DNA of 64,000 bases, taken from the NCBI GenBank assembly GCA_043228905.1, contig JBHGNT010000007.1, forward strand, positions 22,568,001-22,632,000. The letters run 5' to 3'. The notes beneath the pieces were generated by a model, which did no database searches, was not told the origin of the DNA, and was given only the letters and a program-made list of their open reading frames with translations. This DNA is from Azolla caroliniana (Eukaryota > Plantae > Polypodiophyta). The translations under genes and the position numbers were made by a program. Positions 37,029 to 49,900 of the stretch are shown here, piece by piece. Each line of letters starts with the position of its first letter. The stretch's first letter is position 1.

Positions 37029-38435
37029 CCTTGTGCATGAAAATTTTGACTAAAGAAATCTCCAATTTCACTTCCCATGGTATATACTGTCTGCAGAAAT
37101 TGTGTGCTTCCCAAGATATCAACCTTTAATACTTTGAAGCGGTGGCAACACCTATTCTATTTCTGTTTTCTGAATTCAGATCTCATTTGAGGTCAATTGA
37201 ATGATCCATTGACTTGTTATTATTATCAAGATTTGCAGGTTTCAAGTGATAACAAATATGTTTCATCAGGTTATTTTATCTACGTTATTCATGTTGCGAG
37301 CAGAAATTTGGCGATGATGGGGATGGAGGCAGCAACCTACATCATATAGACACAGAATATATACAGTACCCACTAGTATGTATGTATCTAAACATGTTCT
37401 TTTACTTGTGGTTTCTTTTGACAGACCACTTCTTTTACTTTTAGTTTCAATTTCAACAGAAAACTCTGAAATTGACCTAATTCTTTGTTTCCACCAATGC
37501 CCATACGTTTTCACCATCACCCCTCAACCCCAAATGAGAGAAAGAAGGATTGAACCGACCATGAGGTTTATGGATGTTAATATATCTTTATTTCTCTCTT
37601 TGGTAACTAGGGTTTTGGACCAGAAGTAAGATATCAGTACCTTGTCCCTGAAATAGAAAGGTTATGGTTATGGTGCCTTGTCCCAAGATTCCTATGGAAG
37701 AGTGAAGCATTCTTCTTCATATCCTACTTTGTGGTTTGCCTCTGTTTTATAATAAAGTGATCTTGAATATTGGTGATGCACTTGAGCTACTTAAAGCTAT
37801 GAATGTGGCGGTCAATAGCTTATGTTCGAGTATTACAATAAAATTTGTAAATGTAAAAGAAAGTTATGGAAATTAAAGAGTTTCTACCTATCGAATTTGT
37901 AGATTTATGGGATGGATTCGGTCCCATCCCATAGATCACAATCAGTATTGTGTGGGTGTGAACAAAATATGCTCACAACCACATATTACTGAGATTTTAC
38001 CTCGAATTGAAAGGTATGGAACTCTATTCTATGGCCTCAGTTTGTACACATTCAAGGTTTTGGTCCACTTACAAAATGATGTTTGTCGTTATTATTAGCT
38101 CAAGAGATCTCAATACATCTATCATGCCACCGTATTATTCGATGATGTGCATTGAGTTGTCTTTCTGTCCATAGGCAAACTGGTCCCAAGAAAGGGAACA
38201 TACAAGTGGTCCAAAAAAGCAAAACTTGCCAAAAGCCTCAATAAGCCAGCCCAAGCGACATAGGAACGTGGCATTCCCTTCAAGTTGATAATTAATTTCT
38301 TAATAAAATGAAGAAACTGTAACTTCAAAATATCTGTATTTTATTGAGGGGGAACTGCATCTTATAGGAAGAATGCCAAATTATATGTCTAAATAAAAAG
38401 TTTGGTTGCGCATCATAATTGCTTTGTAATCAAAG

Positions 38436-38856
38436 GAGAGGTAAGTGCATCATTGATTGTGTTATACTCTTTAATAACTAAAGTAAGGCATGTATATGTT
38501 TGTAAGACAAGTGTACAAGTCCCTGCATTAGATTGCCTATAAGAAAAATGGAGCAAAGGTGAGGTAAGTGCATCAGTGGTTGCGATATACTTTTAATGTT
38601 GAATATGATAGTGACAGTGACCAAGACATGCCCACATACATTTTTAGGTGTATGTTTGTAAGACAAGTGTACAAGTGCCTAAATTAGATTGCCTGTAAGA
38701 AAAATGGAGGAAAGGTGAGGTAAGTGCATCATTGATTGCGTTGTACTCATAACTTCAAATATGACAATAAGTAAGGCATGTGCATATGCATTTCTAGGTG
38801 TATGTTTGCAAGATAAGTGTGTTAAGTGCCTACATTAGATTGCCTATTAGAAAACT
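38436..38856. repeat. Degenerate 120-155 bp tandem repeat, about 3 copies
   Basis: GAGGTAAGTGCATCA..., TGTTTGTAAGACAAGTGT..., ATTAGATTGCCT each recur three times. Confidence 0.8.
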
Positions 38857-40945
38857 AGGCAACAAGTAGGCCCAGAATTTGATGGGCATTTTTTAAAGAT
38901 GTATGTCATATGACATGAGAATGCAAAAACTAACATGTCATTTCACATGCAAATTTTAATAGTGAAAAGATCTATATGATGCTTCATTGTTATACATTTC
39001 ATTATTATAGAAAGTACACCGAGATGCACAAATAAATGTATAACTACCTCACAAAGATAATAAAATACATAAAATAAATATCATGTTTTTTTCTCCCAAA
39101 AAAAACATTATTTCGCATAAGTAAATATCGTGTTTTTTTCCCAAAAAAACACTACTTTGCATAAAATAAATATCGTGTTAATGTTTTTACTAATAAGTAT
39201 GAAAAAAAAAGGTTATGTTTGAAAAAAAAAAGGTTAGTAAAAAATTTAGTTTTAACTTAAAATGTAAAACATTAAAACCTAGAGTTTACACTCTTAAAGT
39301 ATTTAATAAAGGTTATTGTTTAAAATTTCAACTAATATTATTAGTAAAGAATAAATATTTGAGAATATATGTACATTATACATATATCATTATTACATGA
39401 TGGTATTATTTTAAGCATGTTATAAAAAACATATATTTTTTTGGAAAAAACACATATAATTTAAATATATTATTATACACACTTCATAGTATCTATAATA
39501 AGTAATATATGTGTATATAATATATATGACATGGAAAATAGTATTTTAGCATGTCATTTGACACACATAATTTGTAGGGGCCTTTCACATGAAAAATGGA
39601 AATTTAAACTTTATGGTCACATGATGGGCATTTTTATTATGTGTATGTTTTTTATGGGCAAAATGGCCATTGATTGGCATGACACCCGTCAAATTCTTGC
39701 CTTGCCCACAAACCCAAGAAATTAAGAGTAAAATAAACAATAAAAAGAAACACAATGTAGACCAATGGCAATGTCCTTATTGAGATGAATTTGATCGTTC
39801 AAAAGTATGTCTATAGATTATATAGTTCCTATGTCTTCATCCGGCCCTTGCCCAGAACACTTGTCTACCATGGCTGTTGGAGATGAATTACCTTCAAACT
39901 CTTTCCATGTAGATGTTAATATGCCATCTCCGTGCATTTTAGTACCACAGAAGAAGATAATTAATATCAAGGCATCAAATAAATATCTCTCAAATCCAAA
40001 AGACTTGATTATATGTATGTTGCAAATATATTCAAATTCATAGTAAGCCCTCTCTTATGCCACCTCCTCGCAATTTGGTACCATATAAGAGGATAATTAA
40101 TATCAAGGCATCATACAAATATTTCTCAAGTTTAGAAAGCTTGACAATACCCAGGTTGTAAATATTTTCAAACGAATAGTAAACCCTCTCTATGGCCTCA
40201 ATCTAGCACATTATGTATCTGCGCCACTTTTCAATAGGTACTTTTGAGTTCAAATTGCATTAAGAGAACCCATTTTGTGTGCATTTTCCATGCTATATGT
40301 GAAGAAAAACACAACTCCTCCATGTAGGAGGAAGCATGAGTTCCAAATTTTTGTTGAGTATATTTGTGATCTTTTGGACAATCCACTTTCGTCCATAAGC
40401 ATATGAATTGCGATGAGATTGGTCTACTGTATTGTGAGCTTTCTAAAACCCCACTTTGCCTTGAGCTTGCTTGTTGTTGAGCTCCACGTATCTCCTTAGT
40501 TTCAATTGAATGACACATCCAAAGGGTTTGGCCACTGGGAACCAGCCACCACGTGCGAGTGATAGTCTCCTGCATTCATTGGATGTACCCCATTGAAAGT
40601 CTACAAGGAAGGCATGGCATATTATAGAGCAAATGTTGAACATTAAAAAAAGCCATACACATGTTTCCGCAATTTCCAAATGTGAGTTTGTGGAAGCCTC
40701 TCCCCTTTCTATTGTTGGGCTTTGCTAATATCTTCCACTATGAAGAAATAGAAAGCACATGAGAGCATAAGGGGTGAAGACATCCACATAAGCACAAGTT
40801 CCATAAAACATAATAAACGTGTTCATGCAAGCATACAAACGTTTGGAAACGAACACATTTGAAAAGGGAAAAATATGTGTTCCTTTCTTTTTTTTCTTTG
40901 TTGTGCTACTATTGCCTGAACCTATGTCTTGGGTTTGAATCCCAA

Positions 40946-40992
<47 letters not shown>

Positions 40993-43239
40993 GTCATAGT
41001 AAAATTTTATGTTAGTGTCATGTTTCTTCATATTCTCGAATATACGTTAAACGTTTGATTATAATCTAAAATGACATATTTTGATTCAATCTCTATAGTT
41101 CATACTCATTTTTTTGTAAAGCTCTAAACTGAAGAAATTCATACCTTCACTAGTTGCGAGATGAGAACATTGATAATTGCAAGATGAGCTCATCATCAAT
41201 ACAATTATGTCTTTGAATTATGTGATTTTTATGTTCGTGGTTTCTAATGTTGTTTAATAGTTACGTAATTCCTAAGTTTTGAACTTTCAATTGTGTTGAC
41301 ATTTGATTCAATCAATATATAATATAGACCATAGTTCTTTTTTGAAATTCCAATCTTTATTTTTTTTCCAACTTATAAGTCCAATTCAACTTTGAGATGA
41401 TTTACCATACACGTTTGATTGAATCATTCTCAAATGGGAATGCATGTATGGTTCATTCTATGAGCACAACATTGAGGGAATCAAAGACATTACAGATAAA
41501 ATATGTAGAGGCCCATAAATGATATATTATTTTTAATCACCTAATACAAAAAAACACTATGAAATTTGCCCTCTACGCAACTATACCTGATTGCTTGAGG
41601 AAGCGTAATGTAACCTTAGTTCTCTAACTTGAGGTTTAGGCATGGGCTAATTCATAAGGAATGAAGGGTAAGGATCTAGTTATTCTCCATTTTATCGTGA
41701 GAGATAACTTTAGAGTGTTTCACCACTTCACTGCTTATAGTCAAGTAGTCAAGTGTGAAACAAACTAATGTATAAGATTTGAGGCTCTACAAGAGGAGTA
41801 ACTACCTTCATGAAGGGATCATCTTTGTTATGTTGATAGAGACTTTGACAGTGTGGTAAAGCTTCTTGTGCCTCCTTCAAACCCAAGGTACAACCCATGT
41901 TCAAACTCAGTGGTATAGGACATCGATTGGGGACTTGGATTCATCTCTAACCTTCACTAGGGGTGGTCTAGCACCCTTTTTTCCTTAATTTTTGCTCAAT
42001 GCTATTTAGATTCTCTTACAATTTTGATGCATTTGTGATATGGAACACGACGTTTCTTAGGTTTGGAATGTGTCATTCATTAGGTTTGGCCCCTCGTGAT
42101 TGCTCAATATGTATTATAATACACATAGCATTAGTTGTTTATCTCATATGTTTTAACTTTTAATATGAGCCTTGTAATGTTCTGTTGTTTCACAATCATG
42201 AGGAAGTACTTGGAGGAGGAGTGATCACGTGTGTTCTAGTTTATGACATCTGAAGATCACCGCATACATGCTTGTCTCTTGCTACAAAGCAAGTGAGTGT
42301 TTGTGTGTTGGGCCAAGTCAAAAGCACCAAGGTATACTGCCAAATGAGTAGATTTTTGTCCCGTGTCAAGGAACAACTAATTCGAGCTTGATCGCCACCA
42401 ATCTATGGTGGTTGTCCCCATCCACAAGGTGTAATTTTATAGATATTTTTAGATATTTGTCATGTTTCGAAATGGTCATTGGTTGGCACGTCAAGCCACG
42501 CTGACAACTTGCATCAAGTTAGTGATTGCTATTTTTCTTTATGTTGTCATGAAAATTCGTGGACACGCGCTTTCCCTTGGACAATTTTTCGACACTTTCT
42601 GGATGGATGGATCACACCTTTCTTTGAAATGTGAATATGTTACCATTGGGACCCCTCTTTTGCTTGAAAACCATTGAATGAAAAACCCTAGAAAAATACT
42701 TTTAAAGACAATTACCTAAAATAGGAAATGTTTAATATATTTGGGATTAATTACCTAACATGGAGCAATTTTACAATGTAATGGGGTGGGTGGGATATTA
42801 CCTAAATAGGAAAGAAAGTATACTTAGCTTGGGAAAGGTAGAATTTGCTTCAAAGCAAGGATCAATTGGTGTTTGGGCAATTTTATGAATGATAAATTCA
42901 TTAATGCAAGTGATAATTACTTAATTGAGAAAGTAACTTAATTGGGAAACTAGGGTTTGCTTGTAGAAGGATTAATTGGTTGTGTTTTGGGGGCAATTTT
43001 ATGAGTGATTAATTCAAAATTTTAACTAAGTATGAAGCTCCTGCACTTAATTAATTAATTAATTTATCGCCAGGACCGACACCCCCACCCTTAGGGCCGG
43101 TCCTGGCGGACAAAAAATAAATGGCATTAGTGTCTAGCGATATTGTGGCGGTCGCCAATCGATCGATCAAACAAATTAATCAATAGATCAATTGTCGGAC
43201 CAATCGAATCGGGGGTGGACTAGTCAGGCCTTGGATCGA

Positions 43240-44253
43240 TCAAAAGCTAGCGGAGATCCTTCGGATCTGCTCGAGTGAGACAAAGAGGACAACGGTGAAG
43301 GGGCCTTGGCGCATGACGGTGGGGAGGAAGCCCTTGTAGAGGGCTCCGGGGCCTTCGGATCGGACAGTCTTAACCAAGCAATCGAGCGCGCCCGCGTACT
43401 CACCTTTGCCGGCATTCATAACCCTAGTCTTTACGACATCGATGGGGTTGGAGGCGACGGCGGCCACGAAGCCGGCCACTCCGCTAGCCCCGACATGGGT
43501 CACGATCCCGTCCCCGCCGATCCCTTCTTTCACACTGTCATAGGTTGCGAGCTGGGCCGCGGTCACCACCATGGCGCGTTGGACGGTGAGGGCCGAGCCT
43601 CGCCACAAGGAGGTGAGCCCCTCGCTACGCACCATGCGTGCCAATGCGTCCCCCACCCCCGCGTAGTTGCGCCGCTCTCCGGCCGGGAGCCGTCCATCGG
43701 CTTGCATCCTCACCATGGCCACATCGGCCGGGTTCCCGATCGCCGCGCCCACCGCCCCGGCCACCAGGCCCGCCGCGATCTTCTTGGCTATGGGCAATTG
43801 CGGCTGCCCCTCGCTCTTCCCCGCCGAGGAAGAGGACGAGGACCAACGCTGCTTGAGCACATCGTATAGCCCCATTCGGGTCGTGGAGTAGAGGCATTGG
43901 CGCAGCATGGTGGCCGACACGCCCGAGAAGAGCGCGCGCGGGCCCTCGGCCCGGACGATCCGTGCCGCCACCGCCACGGGGCCCGGCGCGGCGGTGAGTG
44001 GGGTCGAGTGGGAGTGATGGTGGTGCAAGTGATCGTGGATATGGGCCACACGTGCCATACCGCCCATGTTAAGGTTCCACGCGGGTCGGAGCGAGACTTG
44101 GGCGGGACTAGGGATGGGAGCGGGTGCGGGTGCCCGAGGGGTGGGTTGGGGACCCTCGAGCTGCATCCGGACCTTGACAAGGTCTAAGGGATGGGTGGAG
44201 CAGCCGGCGATGATAGACGCAAGGCCGCCCTCGACAAACCCCTTCAAGCCCAT
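43240..44253 (-). CDS. DIC: Mitochondrial dicarboxylate carrier (plant DIC / UCP4-5 type); intronless, 337 aa
   Basis: MGLKGFVEGGLASIIAGCSTHPLDLVKVRMQL; three carrier signatures (PLDLVKVR, PADVAMVR, PIDVVKTR); LRQCLYSTTRMGLY, RNYAGVGDAL, RQGPFTVVLF. Confidence 0.95.
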   Translation of the reverse strand: MGLKGFVEGGLASIIAGCSTHPLDLVKVRMQLEGPQPTPRAPAPAPIPSPAQVSLRPAWNLNMGGMARVAHIHDHLHHHHSHSTPLTAAPGPVAVAARIVRAEGPRALFSGVSATMLRQCLYSTTRMGLYDVLKQRWSSSSSSAGKSEGQPQLPIAKKIAAGLVAGAVGAAIGNPADVAMVRMQADGRLPAGERRNYAGVGDALARMVRSEGLTSLWRGSALTVQRAMVVTAAQLATYDSVKEGIGGDGIVTHVGASGVAGFVAAVASNPIDVVKTRVMNAGKGEYAGALDCLVKTVRSEGPGALYKGFLPTVMRQGPFTVVLFVSLEQIRRISASF

Positions 44254-44283
44254 GACCCTTGACCCGCGTGGCGGACAACTAAG

Positions 44284-44484
44284 GGGGTATCGGGGTTATG
44301 GACCCTCAGCTCAGATGGATACCAAAAACCCAACAAAACAAGATGGCTCTTTAACTAAAATGAATGGGAGTCTTTGCTTGGCTACTAGGGGTATTGGGGT
44401 TATGGACCCTCAGATCAGATGGATACCAAGAACCCAACGAAACAAGATGGCTCTTTAACTAAAATGAATGGGAGTCTTTGCTTG
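44284..44484. repeat. Tandem duplication of about 104 bp in the DIC 5' leader
   Basis: GGGGTTATGGACCCTCAG.TCAGATGGATACCAA...GATGGCTCTTTAACTAAAATGAATGGGAGTCTTTGCTTG occurs twice. Confidence 0.9.
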
Positions 44485-44599
44485 TCTAAATGATAGCCAA
44501 TTAGGGAGATGGAGAGACAAACAATTAACAAGAAGAAGAAGACACCATGGAATGAATGGATATGCAAGAATGAATGGAAATGAGGGAGTTTCTAGAGAC

Positions 44600-44609
44600 T
44601 TATATATAT
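44600..44609 (-). promoter_or_regulatory. Putative TATA box of DIC
   Basis: TATATATAAG-type motif on the minus strand about 350 bp upstream of the ATG, next to a (CT)n tract. Confidence 0.5.
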
Positions 44610-44881
44610 GCCATCATAGAGAGAGAGAGAGAGAGAGAGAGACCTTTGGAGGCAAAGACAAAGACAAAGGGAAGGCTTCTTCTTGAGGAGCCAAGTAAGG
44701 CCTCATTTTTCCATGGAATTGATACACTTTTTATGTATGTGTGTGTGTGTGTGTGTGTTTGGTCATTATTTTTCTCTTCACACCACCACTCCTTTTGCTA
44801 TTTGAGGGCCCATCCTCCTAAGGTGTGTCAAGTGACACCTCTAGTTTTACACACACATATTTGTATGTATGTGTGTGTGTC

Positions 44882-44923
<42 letters not shown>

Positions 44924-45301
44924 TTGTGTATATTATGTGTACACTGTAATGACCTTGGTCTTCATGGTGCTCCGAGTGATCACCATTCGGTGGTCCTCGT
45001 CAATCTCCACACGTTCTAGCCAGCAATCACCTTTTACCTTTTCCTCATCGATTCTCCTCAAACTCGGTTACCAAGCTTTATTCGGCACCTTTCACTTATT
45101 GATTTCGAGGAGAGAAGCAGAGCCAAGCATAAAATATGTGCTATTTTCAAATCCCCAGCTCTGCTTTTATTATGTCCTTGCTTTCTTCTAGTTGCCACAC
45201 TTGTGCCAATCCCACATGAAAAGCAAAGAAGAAGGTTGGAGTTCATGACAACACATTTTTCTCAACCAAATGAAACGAAATGGCTCTTTGCAAAAGACTT
45301 G

Positions 45302-45377
45302 AGGAATGTAGCTCAATTGGTACGGCAATCCAATGAAAAGGCTAGAAGATCATGTGTTCAACACGTGCATTCTGCCA
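45302..45377 (+). mobile_element. tRNA-derived SINE head or tRNA pseudogene
   Basis: A-box TAGCTCAATTGG, B-box-like GTGTTCAAC, acceptor-like GGAATG...CATTCT. The anticodon arm is not canonical. Confidence 0.55.
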
Positions 45378-45854
45378 TCTAGTATATTTGAGCCCCTCTC
45401 TGCATGGGTTGATAAATATACCACTAGTGAACAACCCCAATATAGAGAAATGTATGTGCTTCAAGTTTACTAGAAAATAAATACATACCACCTTTAGTTC
45501 AACATATCCCAATTATGATGTGATCCCCAATATCTTAGAAAGAGAAAAACTATCTCCATCTCTAATCTTGGGTTGAGTTATGTAAATTGTGCAAATACCC
45601 ATTGTCATGGTGTCAAATAACATAGTCGCAAAACTCACAAATCTAAGAAATGTAAATGTAACCCTAAATGGACATGGTATCAAATTATTAGTATCTTTAA
45701 CTTGAATAATGTTAAAGAAGCAACTCTCTCTCTCCTTTATTGTAATTAGCTTACCCCAATGGTAAGTCGATAACACTACAAGCACTTTGTCTTGGGTTTG
45801 AAACCCAATTTCCTCACCTCTTTATTTATATACTTCATATATATCTCTATTTTA

Positions 45855-45926
45855 CTAGATGCCACTATGGAATGTAGGGGTTGAACCCATGACCACCTGG
45901 TCTCCATTGGACAACCTTACCAATTG

Positions 45927-45930
<4 letters not shown>
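45855..45930 (-). mobile_element. Second tRNA-derived SINE head, related to 45302-45377
   Basis: Minus strand AGCTCAATTGGTAAGG..TCCAATG..CATGGGTTCAACCCCTACATTCC..GCATCTAGT; the 5' end runs into (GA)n. Confidence 0.55.
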
Positions 45931-45980
<50 letters not shown>

Positions 45981-46429
45981 GTCGGCTATGCACAAGTTTG
46001 CGAGTCTGAGTATCACACTTCGATACAATGCTCTGCCTTTGATCATATTCGACCATGCTTTCCACATCTCTTTGATCGAGCCCAATCTTTGCATGAATTC
46101 CTCTCACAACCACAATGTGCACTCTCGATTGCAACATTCATTGGTAAAGTTCTTGAACATCGAGAGTCACTACTCACTTTCACACGTATCACGTGAAATG
46201 TAATATTTTTGGTCTCATAGGTCATATTTGACCTCCGAAGACGATAATATAATCTATCTATCTATCTATCTATCTCTGGTAAAAGCACACAATTATATTA
46301 ATTGTATATAAAATCCACTTAGTTACAACACTTCTTAGTCTCTCTCTTTTTTCCCTTTTTTTCCTTTTTTTTGGTAAAAGCACACAAATATAATAATTCC
46401 ATGTAAAATCCACTTAATTACAACACTTC

Positions 46430-46472
<43 letters not shown>

Positions 46473-46481
<9 letters not shown>

Positions 46482-46900
46482 ATATGAGTAGTAATGCTGG
46501 TAGAGCCCTTACACTACTTCGCACTCAATCTCACAAGTTAGGTGTCGAAGTTGCATCATGGTATCAAAATGTAACGAATTTGAAGACATGCAAAGTATGC
46601 AATGAAGGCATGGTAGAGGATGAATGTCACTTGTTCTTCACATGCTCAACATATAGTGCAATTCGTTCAAGATATGCTAACATACTAAGAGGGAGTGATA
46701 ACTTAAGTTCCATACTTAAGACACCACCTAAAAGATTGAGCTAATATGTGCATGCTTTATTCACACATATAGACTTTGTGCTTCAATGTATGAATATCCC
46801 TTCTTAAAAAGGAGACACATATCAAGAACACATGTATACTCTGGTCCCATATGTCAAAATTGGCCTCTTTATGGACGATAAAAATTCTAATTCTAGTTCT
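46473..46900 (+). mobile_element. RTE/RTEX-like LINE 3' end inserted in a (CT)n microsatellite
   Basis: Closely matches 3717-4150 (RTQSHKLGVEVASW..CKVCNEGMVEDECHLFFTC). TTCTAA tail; (CT)n on both sides. Confidence 0.85.
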
Positions 46901-49900
46901 CTCTCTCTCTCTCTCTCTAAATTAGGACGTGCACTCTCCCTCTTGGGGAGATGTTAGGGCAAATAGCCCCTTCCGGCAGTGCAATGGAGGCGCAGGCCCT
47001 AAGCCATCAGCCTTCCTCTCTCTCTCTCCCTCCCTCTCTCTCATGCACGCCTAAAAATTACCCCATGAATCCAACCACAAGCCCAAGATGTTTTTGGCAA
47101 CCGCGAATGTGGAAAGACAAATATTTTGGGCATAGAAACATTGTGCACAACACATGTTTTGGGAGTTGAGAAATCAATGTATGTCAATGACTCCCAACAT
47201 ATGCACATGGTGTCCCAATGCATTTAGTCACGGCGTGGGCATTTCACGTCCATTTTGAGATTTCGCAACTTGCATACAAGAGCACATAAACCCATCATAG
47301 CCTTAGTAGACACCACAACTTCACTATATGTTATGGATTTTATATGTATTCGTCCATCAAATCTCACGTGGAACCTAGAATAGAATACTTCAATCAAATT
47401 GATCTTAATCTCAATCCCATGTATTGATTATCTAGAATATCAATGCACGTGCATAGGCCTATCGAGGGGCACACATCCGAGCATGCCTTGGCATATATGA
47501 TAAACTTCTCATTCATTATGGCCCCCTATACACAAGAAACTCAAACAAATAGAGTGATATAATACAAATCCTACCCAAGTTTTCCACGGGGGCTAGGTTA
47601 GTCATGATAGGAAACTGACTCCTTATCATGAGTCAAGAGCCCTCATTTCGGTGAAAAGAAATGGCACTCGACACTTTGAAAAAAAAACTTGAAAATGCAT
47701 TTAAATTTTCATGATTTCAACGCCCTTGAATAGAAGCTCATCCATTTCCACGTTACATAAACTCTTTGATATGGATCTCTTTATTTAATTAATTTTCTAG
47801 GACTTCAAGTTCTAATTTTTCTTGAAATCTAAATTTTAAGCATTCGAATTAATACAGTAATGTATGTATAAGCATGTGTTATCATATCTTCCATTGGGGG
47901 TTTGATCAAATGATACACGAGAAAAACAACTAACTAGAGACATCAAGACAAATTTCACTATTGCTCTCAAAGGTCAAACATGACGTTCAAAGAAATAAAA
48001 AACTCATAACATCATGGTGATCTAGTATTGCCTTGAATGACGGGCATAGCTAGCACATTATTCATCAATAAATAACGACAGTTTTCATGTGCCAATTCTT
48101 ATAGTGTTAAAATACAACTCTATACTCGATTGGTCCCAATCCTCTCAATCGTTTGAGTGTGAACAAAATTATTCCCAAGGAGACACTAACCATAAAACTA
48201 TAATCACGCTAGCTAGAAAAAGATATGGGAAGGGGTTAACTTTTTGAAACAAAAAGGCAAAAGATTTCAAGAGGAATTTTTTCATTAGATATTGTGCACA
48301 ATATTATTTCACTCTTCTAAAGGTTTTACCACATCGTCATTGACATCATCCATGATGTGGGAATTGTATGAAAATGAAGGCAACACAAGCTTTCTAGTTT
48401 GGTGAGGTGACAATTTGAACCAGAGGTGTTAAGGGGTATGCATCAATGATTGTGTACTATTAAGGCAAGAGAATAGAACGAAAGGTTATGTCATGAAGCA
48501 TAACATAAAAACACTGCTTATTGATTCATGAGATTTTGACATGTCTTTTATTGCCTATTGATTCACGAGATTATCTCATTGCAACTCTAAAATTGAAATA
48601 TATAAACGTGATGATGCAACAATAAAGTATATTAGCTAAAGATTTTGCAGCCATCTTTCGGTCATATGTTTCCATTGTCATTTTCATACAAAAGGCCTTA
48701 CCAATTTTAGTTTGAGGTCATGTAAACTAGTAGATTACAACATTGGCAACGACAATTCCGGCAATACAAGGAGTTACGTAGCTCAAAGAGATATTAGTGT
48801 CCCTCAACCTTTCTAAATCCAAGGTTGTTTCCTACTATATGACGAATGAATGAACAATGGTGTGACATCCATAAAGTGTTCAAAGAACACAATTGAGAGT
48901 TGATGTACATTAGTTGTATTCATGATACATGTGTCCTCAACAACCCAAAAACTTCACAAGAATATATAATTATGATAATTTTCCACCACACTCCAAACGT
49001 TTGTGGTATTTTTGTTCTTATTCTTTCATATTACATGTAAGTGATAGGAAACAAGCCCCCTAATAAAGAAACAATTCTCAAATGCTAGAAGTTATCTAGA
49101 AATTGGAAGGAACTATAGCCGAATGAGGCATAATTATGAATCAAAATACCCAAATTTAGTGTGATTTTGACTTGTGATATTGGAGAATCGCCTTTCAAAT
49201 TTTTAGAATTGAAGGTAGAACAAAATATCTACCAATGGATTTTTGGAATGTTTAGAGAAAAAACTTCAACCTTTTCATATAAGAAGTAAATTTGTCCAGC
49301 TATAGCCTATGATGGAAGTCATGTTTTTAACCTTTTAGTAAAAGAAATTTAAGAAAAGGCATATTGCTTTGAAGACACAAGAAGTAATGATGATAGCAAT
49401 GACCACTAACAACATAAAAACCAAAGGTTTGCAAGGGGTTCATGTTAAGGAAGATTCACGACATTATGTATGCATAACTCGTTGAATCATACATATTTGA
49501 TCTTTGGCTTGGTGGTTTACACCGTTTATGCCACGAGCCAAGCCTCATCTCATAGACCGCAATCAGTCTCCTTGGATGTTATAAAAAAGATATTGATATC
49601 AATGAAGGGCATGGGATTTGAATGTGTAAAGTTCCCAACGTGTGGAAGTTGGCTTCAGTTGTCATCACGTTTAAAGTTGGGGGACACAATGTGTAGCCAA
49701 GGAATTTGCAAGTGTCATGAAAGGAAAAATCTAAATCCAATTAGACACAAACACTACAAAGCCTTTTTCCCTCATGTTATGGGAAGTTTGGGTTATAAAA
49801 TAAGGATCTAGCTAGAAGATTCCCCCTATCCCACCTCCCCTTGACAACCACAATCGCCATCCAATGCCATCCACAACCTGGATCGACATAGCCACTATAT

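Noticed and set aside
43240-44253. DIC as a horizontally acquired gene or retrocopy because of high GC and no introns
   Set aside because: The protein is a typical plant DIC and this family is commonly intronless. No poly(A) remnant or TSD seen.
43306-44458. Overlapping ORFs opposite DIC
   Set aside because: GC-rich antisense shadows of the real CDS.
44574-45191. 205-aa ORF and similar ERERER/CVCVCV ORFs across the window
   Set aside because: Microsatellite read-through with no coding signature.
45302-45377. Functional tRNA gene
   Set aside because: Anticodon and T arms do not form a canonical cloverleaf and the B-box is degenerate. Treated as a SINE head or pseudogene.
47900-49500. Possible degraded DNA-transposase sequence
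   Set aside because: Only faint hAT-like fragments, too decayed to support without a search.
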